DNA of 64,000 nucleotides from an uncultured delta proteobacterium (GCA_963727625.1 CAVSHR010000005.1:992001-1056000); one strand, 5' to 3'. Shown: positions 48,898 through 59,478, counted from the stretch's first letter. Notes: generated by a model from the sequence alone, not told the origin. Translations and numbers: made by a program.

Positions 48898-49971
48898 TCA
48901 CAACCCAAACAACACCTTCGGATTATCATAGGTAATCTTCTCATACTGCCGCGGCGTGATGCCGCCCTGATTTTTCAAGTTACGCAGCGCTTCGATCTCT
49001 GTGGACTGGTCGTTGTGACCATAGTCGGTGCCGATAACGAGATTTTCTTCGCCGGAGTATTTGAGCACGTAGTCGACATCGTCGTCGGTTTGGCACGAGA
49101 CGAACTGGCGATATTCTTTGAGCGGGTTATCCGGCAGGGCGCGGTTGATCGCGCCCCAGCGGCGCTGGAAATCTTTGACGACGTAGGGAATCCACTGGGC
49201 GGCGGCTTCGGCCCAGTGAAAGCGCAGCTTGGGAAAGAGCGTCGGCACCTCGCTCATGACGACCGAATGAAACGCGCCGATCACCGGGACGCGAAACTTC
49301 CAAAAGCTGCCGCCGCCGTTGTATTGCGAGACGAGATCGATGACGTACGGGTTGGCGTTGCCGACGTGGACGCCGACGGCGAGGTTGAGCCGGCTCATCT
49401 TTTCGTACAAGGGATAGAAATACGGGTCGGTGATCATGCGCTGGCCTTCGATGCCGCGCATGAAGACGCCGCAGGCGCCGTGCTCGCCGCAGAACTTTAG
49501 CTCTTCCAGCGCCGCGCTCATGTCGAGCAGCGGCAGGACACAAATCCAGCGCAGCCGACCTTGTCCTTGAGCGTGAATGTCGGCGAGCCAGCGGTTGTAG
49601 CCTTTTGAAATCGGGATTTCCCACTCGGGTTTGTCGGCGATCTGCTCGATGAACATGGTCGGGTAGAGCACCTGAACATCGATGCCGAGCTCGTCCATGT
49701 GCTTGATCCGCGCCGCCACGTTTTCCATCTCGCGGGTTTCTTGCGAAGTGTTCATGTCGCGTCCTGTGCGCCTTGCCACGTCGGCCACATCCCGGGCGGT
49801 GAGAACGACGCGCACCAGGCCGCGGATTTTCCCGTCGATGTACCAGTATTCGCCGCCGCCTTCGCCGCGCGGTTTGACGATCAGCGGGCGATATTTTTGA
49901 TCGGCCTTGTCGATGTAATCCCAGGTGCGCTCGGATTCGACGACGTGAGCATCAGCATCGATAGTCGGCAT
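48898..49971 (-). CDS. Amidohydrolase_2 family protein
   Basis: IDADAHV, MDELGID.QVLYPT, GYNRWL, GTDYGH. Confidence 0.88.
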   Translation of the reverse strand: MPTIDADAHVVESERTWDYIDKADQKYRPLIVKPRGEGGGEYWYIDGKIRGLVRVVLTARDVADVARRTGRDMNTSQETREMENVAARIKHMDELGIDVQVLYPTMFIEQIADKPEWEIPISKGYNRWLADIHAQGQGRLRWICVLPLLDMSAALEELKFCGEHGACGVFMRGIEGQRMITDPYFYPLYEKMSRLNLAVGVHVGNANPYVIDLVSQYNGGGSFWKFRVPVIGAFHSVVMSEVPTLFPKLRFHWAEAAAQWIPYVVKDFQRRWGAINRALPDNPLKEYRQFVSCQTDDDVDYVLKYSGEENLVIGTDYGHNDQSTEIEALRNLKNQGGITPRQYEKITYDNPKVLFGL

Positions 49972-50093
49972 GGCGAATACCTCCTCAGGGCGGAGTCAAC
50001 GTATTGACGTCGTATTATTATAGCGGAGAGGTTCCGTGGCTTGCGTAAATTTTTCAGCGTCTCGTCTGATCGTATCGGACCAGAAAAAAACTT

Positions 50094-50178
50094 ACCGCGA
50101 AGGCGCGGAGTACGCCGAGGAAAACGTTTTTGGTCGATATATACTTCGAACTCTGCGAACTCTGGGCCTCTGCGGTGA
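50094..50178. repeat. CTCTGCG-type inverted-repeat element
   Basis: accgcgaaggcgcggagtacgccgag ... ctctgcgaactctgggcctctgcggtga. Confidence 0.7.
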
Positions 50179-50358
50179 AATAATGCTGCTTCTAATGGTT
50201 GCAGCGCCGCGCTAGGTTGTATGTAATTATCCAATATCCAAGGACCGAATATCAAAGGCCGGTGGTGGGTTCAACCGGAATTATTTGTCGTCCCTCCGAC
50301 CCGTGGTCGCTGTGGCCAGTACATCCAAGCCTCAGCCCATGCTATAAAAACGGTAAGT

Positions 50359-50720
50359 ATGGATAATGCGCAACTAGCCGACTTGTGCGCCTGGGTGACC
50401 AAGGTAGGCTTGAACGGGCAAAGCGAATCGGCAACGTTGACCGGCTTTTGCAAATGTGCCGTAACGTTCGGCCCACCGCACCCTCGCGCGATCGTGTCGC
50501 CGACACCTTGCACCCGACGTACGAAGGCCGAGCATTTCGCTGGAACCGCAACAAGGAAGCACTATGCTTACCAAATATGGCCGCAGCGAAGACGACCTCG
50601 GACGCTGGCGGCGCAGGCTATTTTTTCGCCTTGAAGAAACCGGCGAGCCATTACTCAGAAGGCGTCTCACGGGAGTTGCCGCGAGCGAGTTAGCGGTCTT
50701 CACCGTCTTGCCCGGCTCGC
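50359..50720 (+). pseudogene. Frameshifted N-terminal remnant, probably of an adenylate/guanylate cyclase-type protein
   Basis: Three frames give MDNAQLADLCAWVTKVGLNG / DTLHPTYEGRAFRW / RWRR..FF.LEETGE..LRRRL; no catalytic domain. Confidence 0.5.
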
Positions 50721-50801
50721 CGCCGATCCGCCTCTATTTCGCGGAACTGAAAAGCCCGGAAACGGGCGCTCGACCGTTCCCCCGTCAAGATCCGCGGTCG
50801 A

Positions 50802-51794
50802 TTACGTTTTCATTTGCGAGAACACTTTCTTGGCATTTCCTTCAGTGATCTTCAGGCGGTCTTCCTCGCTCAGCCAGTCAATCGATTGGAAAATCGGCAC
50901 CAGGTCTTCGAAGTTGCGGCCGGTCTTGGGGTCGATGGCGTTGACCGCGCCGAACATCTCGGTGGCGAACAAAATGTTGTCGGCGCCGACGCGTTTGATC
51001 AGCAGCTCCATCGACTCCTTGTCGTAAATCGCCATGTCCCAGTAGACCCGCCGCGCTGCCTCCTCGAACGGCTCGAGCCCTTCCTTCACGTGCATGCCGC
51101 GTTGGCGATTCCACTGATAGGGAATGGCGCCGCCGCCGTGCGGAATTATGATTTTCAATTTGGGAAAATCCTTGAACACGCGCGACTTGAGCAATTCGAC
51201 CGCGGCCGAGTTATGGTGCGCGATGTAGTAAGCATTGGTGAGATGCATCGCCGGATTGAGCGAGGCGCTCGCGTGCACGGTGCACGGCACATCGAGCTCG
51301 ACCATCTTTTCCCAGAGCGGATACCACCACTCGCTGCCCATCGACGGCGTCAAAGGCTCTTTCCCGCCGGCGACGTCGGGATTGACGTTGCAGCCGATGA
51401 AGCCGAGATCTTTGATGCAGCGGTCGAGCTCGTCGACCCATTCCTTGGGCCCGACGCCCGGCGACTGCGGCAGCTGGCAAACCGGTGAAATTTTGTCGGG
51501 AAGGAGCTTGGCGACGCGCGCGATCAGATCATTGCACGCCTCGCTCCAATACCGGCTCACCAGCGGCGAGCCGAAGTGATGCCCCATCGCCCCCGCCTGC
51601 GGTGAGAACAGCAAACGGTCGATGCCCGATTCTTCCATGCGTTTGAGCTGGCCCTGCATGGAGCGCGCCAGCTCTTCATCGCTAATATTGAGCCTGGCCT
51701 TCACCGGCTTGGCGAGGTTGGTGATTTGCTGGCCGCGATAGGCCTGCAGCTGCGCCGGCGCGGTGGTGAAATGAGTATGTGCGTCGATGATCAT
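50802..51794 (-). CDS. ligJ: 4-oxalomesaconate hydratase-like amidohydrolase
   Basis: MIIDAHTHFTTAP..L..YR, MGHH, CQLPQSPG, PHGGGAIPY, FATEM.GAV...DP.TG. Confidence 0.75.
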   Translation of the reverse strand: MIIDAHTHFTTAPAQLQAYRGQQITNLAKPVKARLNISDEELARSMQGQLKRMEESGIDRLLFSPQAGAMGHHFGSPLVSRYWSEACNDLIARVAKLLPDKISPVCQLPQSPGVGPKEWVDELDRCIKDLGFIGCNVNPDVAGGKEPLTPSMGSEWWYPLWEKMVELDVPCTVHASASLNPAMHLTNAYYIAHHNSAAVELLKSRVFKDFPKLKIIIPHGGGAIPYQWNRQRGMHVKEGLEPFEEAARRVYWDMAIYDKESMELLIKRVGADNILFATEMFGAVNAIDPKTGRNFEDLVPIFQSIDWLSEEDRLKITEGNAKKVFSQMKT

Positions 51795-51810
51795 AGGAAA
51801 CCTCCGAAAA

Positions 51811-51865
51811 GTTAAAGGTTCAAATTGTTCAAGCCGTTCAACCGCTGCGCTCCGTTCAAAACGTT
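51811..51865. repeat. GTTCAAnnn 9-bp-period repeat
   Basis: gttcaa at 51818, 51827, 51836 and 51854. Confidence 0.8.
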
Positions 51866-52003
51866 GGGGAGATCAAATTCAAGAACCCCTGAATCCTAGT
51901 GACACTGCAATGACCCGAAGGCCAACCCGCGCTGATTGTCAGCTCCAAATCGCTTTGCTATAGCAATCTTCTATAAAGTGTTCCACGCTGCTTTCGATTT
52001 CCG

Positions 52004-52050
52004 ACGATTTGAACGGCTTGAACATTTTGAACGATTTGAACGACCTGAAG
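52004..52050. repeat. (TTGAACnnn)x4-5 tandem repeat
   Basis: ttgaac at 52009, 52018, 52027 and 52036, abutting the aldolase RBS. Confidence 0.85.
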
Positions 52051-52060
52051 GAGTTCATCA

Positions 52061-52924
52061 ATGCCAGACATACCCCGCCTCAACGGCGTAATCAAAGCCC
52101 TGGAACAAGGGCAAACCGCTTTCGTCGCCTTCACTCCCGTGGATATCGAAAACGCCGTGGCGATGGCAAGCTCGAAGCTCGACGGAGTGGCGTTTGAAAT
52201 GGAGCATGCGCCGCTGGATTTTCCGGGATTGCGCCAGGCGCTGCAGTTTATGCTTGATCGCCGGCAAATCGTCGAGCGCGCTACCCTCGCGCCCGCGGTC
52301 ACGCCGATGGTTCGCATCCCGCCCAACGGCATTGAGATGAATAGTTGGATCGCCAAGCAGGTTCTCGATATCGGCGTGTTCGGAATTATATTTCCGCACG
52401 TCAGTTCAGTGGAAGAAGCCTGGAACGCCGTCGGGGCTTGCCGCTATCCGCGCCTATCGACCGCGCCGCTTTATAATCCGCCGGGCATCCGGGGCGACGC
52501 GCCCACGCGCGCGGCGCGCTATTGGGGACTGACGCAACAGGAATATTACAAACGCGCCGATGTTTGGCCCCTCGCCCCAAACGGAGAAGTTCTCGTCGTC
52601 ATCCAATGCGAGGAAACCCGCGCCATCGACAACCTGCCAAAGATTCTCAAAGAAGTTCCCGGCATCGGCGTGGTCTTGATCGGCGAAGGCGATTTGAGCC
52701 AGGAGCTCGGCCATCCGCGCGACTACGAACACCCGGTGGTCGCCAAAGAGATCGAGCGCATTCTCGCGATCTGCAAAGAGCACGACGTGCCCTGCGGCCA
52801 TCCTCATCCGGACGCCAAGAACATCGAACGCCTGGTCGCCGCCGGATATCGATTTCTAATGCCTTCCGCGCCCCGGTCCTTCGGGGTTTTGGATCAAGGT
52901 CGCAAGCTCGCCGGCAGGAATTAA
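52061..52924 (+). CDS. HpcH/HpaI aldolase family protein
   Basis: EMEHAP, MVRIP, QVLDIG, QCE, IGEGDLS. Confidence 0.88.
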   Translation: MPDIPRLNGVIKALEQGQTAFVAFTPVDIENAVAMASSKLDGVAFEMEHAPLDFPGLRQALQFMLDRRQIVERATLAPAVTPMVRIPPNGIEMNSWIAKQVLDIGVFGIIFPHVSSVEEAWNAVGACRYPRLSTAPLYNPPGIRGDAPTRAARYWGLTQQEYYKRADVWPLAPNGEVLVVIQCEETRAIDNLPKILKEVPGIGVVLIGEGDLSQELGHPRDYEHPVVAKEIERILAICKEHDVPCGHPHPDAKNIERLVAAGYRFLMPSAPRSFGVLDQGRKLAGRN

Positions 52925-52949
52925 GATAAGGAGTAATCTAGCGCGCCCG

Positions 52950-54560
52950 ATGTCTAAGTTCACCGAATTCTGCGCCGGGTATTTCAATAAATATTTTGAG
53001 CTTCACCCAACGGACGCGATCTACTACGGCGTCGACGGCTTTGATCATTTGCTGAACGATTACTCGGACGCGACATTCCAGGCCGAAAAAGCGTTTGTCG
53101 AAGAATCGTTACACGCAGTCAAGCAAATTCCAACGGCCAATCTTAGCCAAGACGAGGCGATCGATTACACGCTGCTCGAGGGCAAGCTCGCAATCCAGAA
53201 TTACGAGCATGCCAAAGAAGACTACCGGCTCAAGTGGCCGGATACGTATTCGCCCATCGACGCAATTTATATTCTCACCGTCCGCGCCACGAACGACCTG
53301 CCCGGCAATCTTTTGAGCCGGCTCAATCGGACGCCAGCGTTCATTCGCCAAGGTATCGAAAATCTGAGCCGCAAAGATGCCAATCCACCGAGACTCTGGA
53401 CAGAAATCGCGATCGAAGGCGCCAAAGGCGCGGTTAGTTTTCTAGAGAGCCTGCCAAGCCATCCGAAAGTGCAGAGCGCGGCCATCGATCCGAACGCTCT
53501 GCAAACCGCGATCGACAAAGCGAAGAGCGCGATCGGTGACTTGGCCATGTTTCTCAAACGCCACTTGCTGCCGCGCAGCAACGGTGTTTACGCCGTCGGC
53601 TTGGAACACTACAATCTTCTGCTCAGGAAGAAACATTTTCTCGATCACGACGCCGACAGTCTGCTGACGTTGGGCGAAAATCTGTTTGCAAAAACCAAGC
53701 GAGAATTGACCGAGCTTACCAACGAGATGGCTCCCGGAAAAAGTATCGAAGCAGCGGCTCTGTCAATCCAGGCGAATCACCCCTCGGTTGGCGAAGTGCT
53801 CCCTGCCTACCAGAAGGCCATGGAATCCGCGCGCGAATTCGTCAGGGAGCGAAAGCTCGTATCGTTTCCGCCGAAAGAAGAGCTGCACGTGGTGCACACG
53901 CCGGAGTTCCGCCGCCATGAGATTCCGTTCGCCGCCTACCTGTCGCCTTCGCCGAAAGATCCCGATCAGGTCGGTTACTACTACGTCACGCCGGTCACCG
54001 ACGACGATCTCCTCCGCGAACATAACTGGGTGGGCTTGGAAAACACCTCGGTGCACGAGAGCTACCCCGGACACCATCTGCAATTCTCCGTCGCAAACTC
54101 GGTTCCGGCGGCGTCGACCTTGCCGCGGCTGATGAACGAATCGTCGGTTTTTTACGAGGGCTGGGCGCTCTACTGCGAGCAGCTCATGCAAGAGCAAGGA
54201 TTTCTGAAAAGCAAAGAGCACCGCTTCGTCATGCTCAAAGACCGGCTCTGGCGGGCGCTGCGAATCGTCATCGACGTCAAAACCCAGACGGGGCGTATGA
54301 CCTACGACGAGGCGGCGGATCTGATGGTGCGCGAACTCCACTTCCCGCGCGCCCAGGCCTGCGGCGACTTGAACTGGTACAGCCAGTCGCCTTCGGGACC
54401 GATGGGCTACGCGCTCGGCTGGTCGATCATCAACCGGCTGCGTGCCCAAGAGCAAAAACGGCTCGGCGGCAATTTCATCCTGCGCGAGTTTCACGACAAG
54501 CTCTTGAGCGCCGGCAGCATCTCCCTGCCGCTGGTCGAGAAAAGACATTTTCAGGCATGA
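52950..54560 (+). CDS. DUF885 family protein (putative metallopeptidase)
   Basis: HESYPGHHLQ, FYEGWALYCE, LWRALRIVID, LREFHDKLL. Confidence 0.88.
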   Translation: MSKFTEFCAGYFNKYFELHPTDAIYYGVDGFDHLLNDYSDATFQAEKAFVEESLHAVKQIPTANLSQDEAIDYTLLEGKLAIQNYEHAKEDYRLKWPDTYSPIDAIYILTVRATNDLPGNLLSRLNRTPAFIRQGIENLSRKDANPPRLWTEIAIEGAKGAVSFLESLPSHPKVQSAAIDPNALQTAIDKAKSAIGDLAMFLKRHLLPRSNGVYAVGLEHYNLLLRKKHFLDHDADSLLTLGENLFAKTKRELTELTNEMAPGKSIEAAALSIQANHPSVGEVLPAYQKAMESAREFVRERKLVSFPPKEELHVVHTPEFRRHEIPFAAYLSPSPKDPDQVGYYYVTPVTDDDLLREHNWVGLENTSVHESYPGHHLQFSVANSVPAASTLPRLMNESSVFYEGWALYCEQLMQEQGFLKSKEHRFVMLKDRLWRALRIVIDVKTQTGRMTYDEAADLMVRELHFPRAQACGDLNWYSQSPSGPMGYALGWSIINRLRAQEQKRLGGNFILREFHDKLLSAGSISLPLVEKRHFQA

Positions 54561-54663
54561 GGCGGAAGGCACGAATAAGACGGTAAAGCGCTAGGAATTT
54601 TTAACTCAAGCCTCACTCTTCTCGCCTCGTGCCTAAGCCGTCATTAAAGCCGTTCAAAACGTT

Positions 54664-55542
54664 ATGACGAGTAAAAGCAAACCATGCGGCCCGTTATTGG
54701 GCGCTCACATGTCCATCGCCGGCGGCGTCGGCAACGCCCTGCTGGCCGGCAAGAAGGTCGCTTGTGATGCGATTCAGATCTTCACCAAGTCATCGCGCCA
54801 GTGGGCGGCCAAACCGCTCGCCGGCGAAGAGATCGAGCAGTTTAAGATCAACCAAAAAGAAACCGGCATCACCACCGTCATCGCCCACGATTCCTATCTA
54901 CTGAATCTCGGCTCGCCCGATGCCGGCTTGAGGAAACGCTCGGTGGCGGCGTTTATCGACGAGCTTGAGCGCTGCGAAGTTTTGGGCGTGACGAACTTGA
55001 TCGCCCATCCCGGCTCACACGTCGGTGCCGGCGAGGTCGAAGGCATCAAGACGATCGCGAAGTCGCTGGACGAAGTCCACAAGGCGTGCGCCGGGTATCG
55101 CACGAAGGTGACGCTGGAAATAACCGCGGGACAAGGATCGAATCTCGGTTATCGTTTCGAGCAGATCGGCGCCATCATCGGCGCCGCCAAAGCAAGTGAC
55201 CGATTGCGGGTTTGCTTCGACACCGAGCATGCGTTTGCCGCGGGGTACGACATTCGAACCAAGGAAAGCTACGAGCGCACCTTCGCGGAATTCGACAAAG
55301 CGATCGGCATCAAACTGCTCGCCGCGTTTCACCTCAACGATTCAAAAAAAGAATTCCACTCCCGTGTCGACCGCCACGAGCATATCGGCAAGGGCTTCAT
55401 CGGCGTCGAAGCCTTTCGCTTGTTGATAACCGACAAGCGATTCTGGGGCCTGCCCATGTGCTTGGAGACACCGAAGGGCCCGGACTTAAAAGAAGACCAG
55501 GAGAACTTAGCACTGCTCCGCAGTCTCCTCGCTCAGCGCTGA
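54664..55542 (+). CDS. nfo: Endonuclease IV
   Basis: GAHMSIAGG, HDSYLLNL, HPGSH, EITAGQG, DTEH, HLNDSK, DRHEHIG, ETP. Confidence 0.95.
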   Translation: MTSKSKPCGPLLGAHMSIAGGVGNALLAGKKVACDAIQIFTKSSRQWAAKPLAGEEIEQFKINQKETGITTVIAHDSYLLNLGSPDAGLRKRSVAAFIDELERCEVLGVTNLIAHPGSHVGAGEVEGIKTIAKSLDEVHKACAGYRTKVTLEITAGQGSNLGYRFEQIGAIIGAAKASDRLRVCFDTEHAFAAGYDIRTKESYERTFAEFDKAIGIKLLAAFHLNDSKKEFHSRVDRHEHIGKGFIGVEAFRLLITDKRFWGLPMCLETPKGPDLKEDQENLALLRSLLAQR

Positions 55543-55568
55543 ATTTCATTATTTTAACCCCTCGGCAA

Positions 55569-55605
55569 TTCGACCAAATGGGCGAAACTTCGACGATCGC
55601 GGCGA
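55569..55605 (+). promoter_or_regulatory. Putative tandem enhancer (UAS) for the adjacent NtrC-type activator
   Basis: TTCGAC-N6-GGCGA twice with a 20-bp period. Confidence 0.5.
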
Positions 55606-55678
55606 GTTTTTTCTCGCCACCGGTGACCCGCTAAAGAAAAACACTTTTAAAAATCACCGGTTCCTTCGACCCCGCTGT

Positions 55679-55693
55679 TGGCATCACGATTGC
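55679..55693 (+). promoter_or_regulatory. sigma54 promoter
   Basis: TGGCATCACGATTGC upstream of 55738. Confidence 0.7.
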
Positions 55694-55737
55694 GCTAGCA
55701 AAAAATCAAAGAGCAAAACAAAAAGGAGGAACAGGTT

Positions 55738-56145
55738 ATGAAAAAGCTCTTAAGCGCAGTCGCGGTAGCAGGCGGGTTGGCACTCCTGACCGGAGTGGCA
55801 GGGGCACAGTGGAGCGGCGGACCGGGCGGCGGCCATTTCGGCGGTTGGGGACCGGGGATGATGGGCGGCGGCGGTCGCGGCTGGATGGCCGGCGGCGCTC
55901 CTTGCGCGGGCTTCACGGGAGCCGCCGGCGAGATCAACGAGGCCAAAGCCAAGGAACTGGCCACGGCGTACGCCGGAGAATACCTGAAAGGATTCACCGT
56001 TGAGCGCGTGCTGCCGTTTACCGGCCGAGTGCACACGATGTACTCGGTGGAACTCAAGAACGAAGCCGGCGAAGTCCGAACCCTGCACGTGAACCCTTGG
56101 GGCAACGTCGTGCCCTTCGGCGGACCACGAGGCAGAGCGTCCTAG
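55738..56145 (+). CDS. Small secreted Gly/Met-rich protein (ZraP-like position; PepSY-like C-terminus)
   Basis: AGGAGG RBS, signal peptide, GPGMMGGGG, V-N-P-W-G. Confidence 0.75.
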   Translation: MKKLLSAVAVAGGLALLTGVAGAQWSGGPGGGHFGGWGPGMMGGGGRGWMAGGAPCAGFTGAAGEINEAKAKELATAYAGEYLKGFTVERVLPFTGRVHTMYSVELKNEAGEVRTLHVNPWGNVVPFGGPRGRAS

Positions 56146-56160
56146 CGCCAACGATGAACG

Positions 56161-56183
56161 AAGGCCCCCTTTTGGGGGCCTTT
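56161..56183 (+). terminator. Hairpin, probable intrinsic terminator
   Basis: aaggccccc-tttt-gggggcctt followed by only a short T tract. Confidence 0.6.
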
Positions 56184-56349
56184 CCTCTGAGGCGAGTTGC
56201 CAAGTGCTACCTATCTGAAGCGTTACCCGGAGCTTGGCTCCTCACCTCCCCCGGCTCTAGGCCAGGTGATCGAGACCCTTTGCAGGTCCTGCGGTCGACC
56301 AGTGAATACTTTGTTTACGGCCGGGCGCTGATTATAATGAGCGGCGACG

Positions 56350-58089
56350 ATGGGACCAAGTATATTACCGCGCCACTTTATTCTCTCCGTTGTTCTGCTT
56401 CTCGCGTTAGTTTCGGTTTATATTTTTTTTGAGGCGCGGCGTTCCCAGGACGAGTTGCTGCGCCAGACCGAAGCCAAGGGATTCGCACTGGCCGACGCCA
56501 TGGAAGCTAACATCCGCGACTCGGTGGTGGCGAATTCTTTGCTGGAAGAACTGATCAGCCAACGGCTTCTCGACAACGCGCGCCTGATCGACGAGCTGCT
56601 GCAATTTCCGCGGACCGACGAGAAAATGCTCCAGCAGATTGCCGCCGCTAATCGGCTTAGTAAAATCGAGCTGCTTGATCTCAAGGGGCGGCCCTTGGAC
56701 ACCTTGCCCGCGCCCAACCGCGGGCCCATGCAAGCGATGATGGGCCGGATGCGGGCGCTTCCTTCGGAAGATTCGCGCCAACAGCACAGGGCGATGATGA
56801 CTTTCATGTGGGGCCGGCGCTGGCGACTGCCGCAGGAGCAAACCCCGACGCCGCCCAAAATCACCGAAAAAAAATTTTGGGAGGGCAGTCTGTTCGGTGT
56901 CGCCATCGACGCCCGCAGTTTTCCCGGCATTATCGCCATCCACGCCAACGCCGATTACATCGTTAATTTTCGCAAGCAGATCGACGTTCAAAAACAAGTT
57001 GAAGAGCTCGGCCGGCAATCTGACATCGAGCATGTCGCCTTTGTCGACAACGATTTCAAAGTGCTGGCCCACACGAACTCGAAGCTCATTAATCAACGCC
57101 ACGACGACCCGCTGCTACTCGAGATGAAAACACACCGAGGACTCGGCCGTGGAATCATCGAGCAACCTGATGGCAGCCGACACTTTGACGTCGTCAAACC
57201 CGTAAGCATCAACGGCACTCCGCTGGGATTTCTCGAAATCGGCCTTTCATTGGAGCCCATGGAGGCGGCTTGGCGGCGCAGCCTGCGATCGATGGCCGTC
57301 TTTGGCCTCGGCATCCTCGCCGTGGGCATCCTGGGCATGGGCGCCATTTTCTATAATCAGCGGGGCCACCTGCAAAAAGTCCGCTCGCTCGAGGAGGAAA
57401 TCAACCGCAAAGAGCGGCTCTCTGAGCTCGGCAACATGGCGGCCACTGTGGCCCATGAAATTCGCAATCCGCTCAATTCCGTGTCCATAGGCCTGCAACG
57501 GCTCAAGGCGGAGTTTACGCCGACCGGAGACGCCGAGGAGTATGCGCATTTTTTGAATCTGATGCAGGACGAAGTGCGCCGGCTCAATACCATCGTCGAG
57601 CAATTTCTCTCTCTGGCCCGGCCGTTGACTTTGAACTACGAAGAGATCGTGGTCGACGAATTTCTTTGCGAGATCACGGCGCTGTTGGCCGGAGAAGCCA
57701 AGGCATCGAACGTCGATATCGAGCTGAAAGTGGCGCCGGACCTGCCGCCGTTCCGGGCGGACCGAAATTATCTCAAACAACTCTTGCTGAATCTCATTTT
57801 AAATGGCGTGCAAGCCACGCCGGGGGGCGGCAAGCTGTCGGTTGAAGCCGTCGTAGAGCAAGAATCTCTGCGGCTGAACCTCATCGATCGTGGCGTTGGC
57901 ATCGAGCCCGACAACTTGACCAAGATTTTCCAGCCCTACTTCACCACCAAAGCCAACGGTTCTGGGTTGGGGCTGGCCATCGCCCGTCGAATCGTCGAGG
58001 CCCATGGTGGTAAGATCTCCGTGGAGAGCCGGCCGGGACAGGGCTCCTGTTTTCGGGTGTCGCTGCCGATCGCCGGTGTTAAAACTTAA
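56350..58089 (+). CDS. Sensor histidine kinase (ZraS/HydH-like)
   Basis: Two TMs; VAHEIRNPLNS; NLILNG; D.G.GI; YFTTK.GSGLGL. Confidence 0.92.
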   Translation: MGPSILPRHFILSVVLLLALVSVYIFFEARRSQDELLRQTEAKGFALADAMEANIRDSVVANSLLEELISQRLLDNARLIDELLQFPRTDEKMLQQIAAANRLSKIELLDLKGRPLDTLPAPNRGPMQAMMGRMRALPSEDSRQQHRAMMTFMWGRRWRLPQEQTPTPPKITEKKFWEGSLFGVAIDARSFPGIIAIHANADYIVNFRKQIDVQKQVEELGRQSDIEHVAFVDNDFKVLAHTNSKLINQRHDDPLLLEMKTHRGLGRGIIEQPDGSRHFDVVKPVSINGTPLGFLEIGLSLEPMEAAWRRSLRSMAVFGLGILAVGILGMGAIFYNQRGHLQKVRSLEEEINRKERLSELGNMAATVAHEIRNPLNSVSIGLQRLKAEFTPTGDAEEYAHFLNLMQDEVRRLNTIVEQFLSLARPLTLNYEEIVVDEFLCEITALLAGEAKASNVDIELKVAPDLPPFRADRNYLKQLLLNLILNGVQATPGGGKLSVEAVVEQESLRLNLIDRGVGIEPDNLTKIFQPYFTTKANGSGLGLAIARRIVEAHGGKISVESRPGQGSCFRVSLPIAGVKT

Positions 58090-59478
58090 ATGAGCGATTC
58101 CATCCGCATCCTGGTGGTCGATGACGAAGCGGGCCAGCGCGAGCTGGTCACCGGCTACCTCAAGAAACAGGGTTTCGAAGTGTTTGCCGCCGCCGGCGGC
58201 GAGCCGGCGCTGGAGCTGTTTCGGCAGGCGCCGATGGAGCTGATTCTGACCGACCAGCGTATGCCCGGTCTCTCCGGCCTCGAGCTGCTCAAGGCTGCCC
58301 GAGCGATCAATCCGGAAACTCAGGTGATCGTCATGACCGCCTACGGCAACGTTGAGACGGCCGTCGAGGCGATGAAGGCCGGCGCCGCCGATTATTTAAC
58401 CAAGCCGCTCCATCTCGAAGAGTTGCGACAAAAAATCGAGCGCATCGTCGAACAACACCGGCTTTATGCCGAAAATCGCGCCCTGCGCGAGGAATTGAAA
58501 TCACGCCATCGCATCGAAGGCATCATCGGCGACAGCGGCCAGATGCTGGAGGTCATTTCCCTGGTCCAGCGAGTCGCGGCAAGCGAAGCAACGGTCTTGA
58601 TCCGCGGCGAAAGCGGTACGGGGAAGGAGCTCATCGCGAAAGCGATCCATTACGCCAGCCCGCGCGCGGAAAGGCCGCTGGTGCGCGTCAACTGCGCCGC
58701 GCTGCCCGAGAATTTGTTGGAGTCGGAACTCTTTGGTCACGAGAAAGGCTCTTTTACCGGCGCCATCGCCAACCGCAAAGGGCGGTTTGAGCTGGCCAAC
58801 ATGGGCACGTTGTTTCTCGACGAGATCGGCGATCTGCCGCTCCATTTACAAGCCAAACTCCTTCGCGTCCTGCAGGAGCGGGAGTTCGAACGGGTCGGCT
58901 CCAGTCAACCGATCAAGGTCAACGTCAGAATCCTCTCGGCGACCCACCGCGATCTGGAATCTTTGATGCCAGCGGGACAGTTTCGCGAAGACCTGTATTA
59001 CCGCCTCAATGTCGTGACGATCCTGGTACCGCCGCTGCGCGAGCGCCGCCAGGATCTGCCGGCTCTCATGGATCATTTTCTGAAACTCTTTTCCGCCAAA
59101 AACGGCAAGGCGCTTCGCGGCTTCAGCCGCGAAGCGCGTGATGCATTGCTGCGTTACGACTACCCGGGCAACGTGCGTGAGCTGGAAAATCTGATTGAGC
59201 GCGCGGTGGTTCTCTGCCGCGGCGATGTGATCGGCCGCGGCGATCTGCCACTGACGCTCGAAGAGCCGGAAGCGCCCAACGAGCCGCAAGCCCAGCTCAC
59301 CGCGGCGGTGGAAGGAATGGAACGGCGGATGATCAAAAATGCGCTGGCGAGCGCCGGCGGCGTGCAAACCCGCGCCGCCGACCTGCTCGGCATCACCGAG
59401 CGCGCTTTACGTTACAAACTCAAAAAATACGGGCTGCAAGGCGAGGATGTCGATTTCTCTAGCCCGTCGGAACCGTGA
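58090..59478 (+). CDS. NtrC/ZraR-type sigma54 response regulator
   Basis: REC domain, [25 protein letters not shown]. Confidence 0.95.
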   Translation: MSDSIRILVVDDEAGQRELVTGYLKKQGFEVFAAAGGEPALELFRQAPMELILTDQRMPGLSGLELLKAARAINPETQVIVMTAYGNVETAVEAMKAGAADYLTKPLHLEELRQKIERIVEQHRLYAENRALREELKSRHRIEGIIGDSGQMLEVISLVQRVAASEATVLIRGESGTGKELIAKAIHYASPRAERPLVRVNCAALPENLLESELFGHEKGSFTGAIANRKGRFELANMGTLFLDEIGDLPLHLQAKLLRVLQEREFERVGSSQPIKVNVRILSATHRDLESLMPAGQFREDLYYRLNVVTILVPPLRERRQDLPALMDHFLKLFSAKNGKALRGFSREARDALLRYDYPGNVRELENLIERAVVLCRGDVIGRGDLPLTLEEPEAPNEPQAQLTAAVEGMERRMIKNALASAGGVQTRAADLLGITERALRYKLKKYGLQGEDVDFSSPSEP

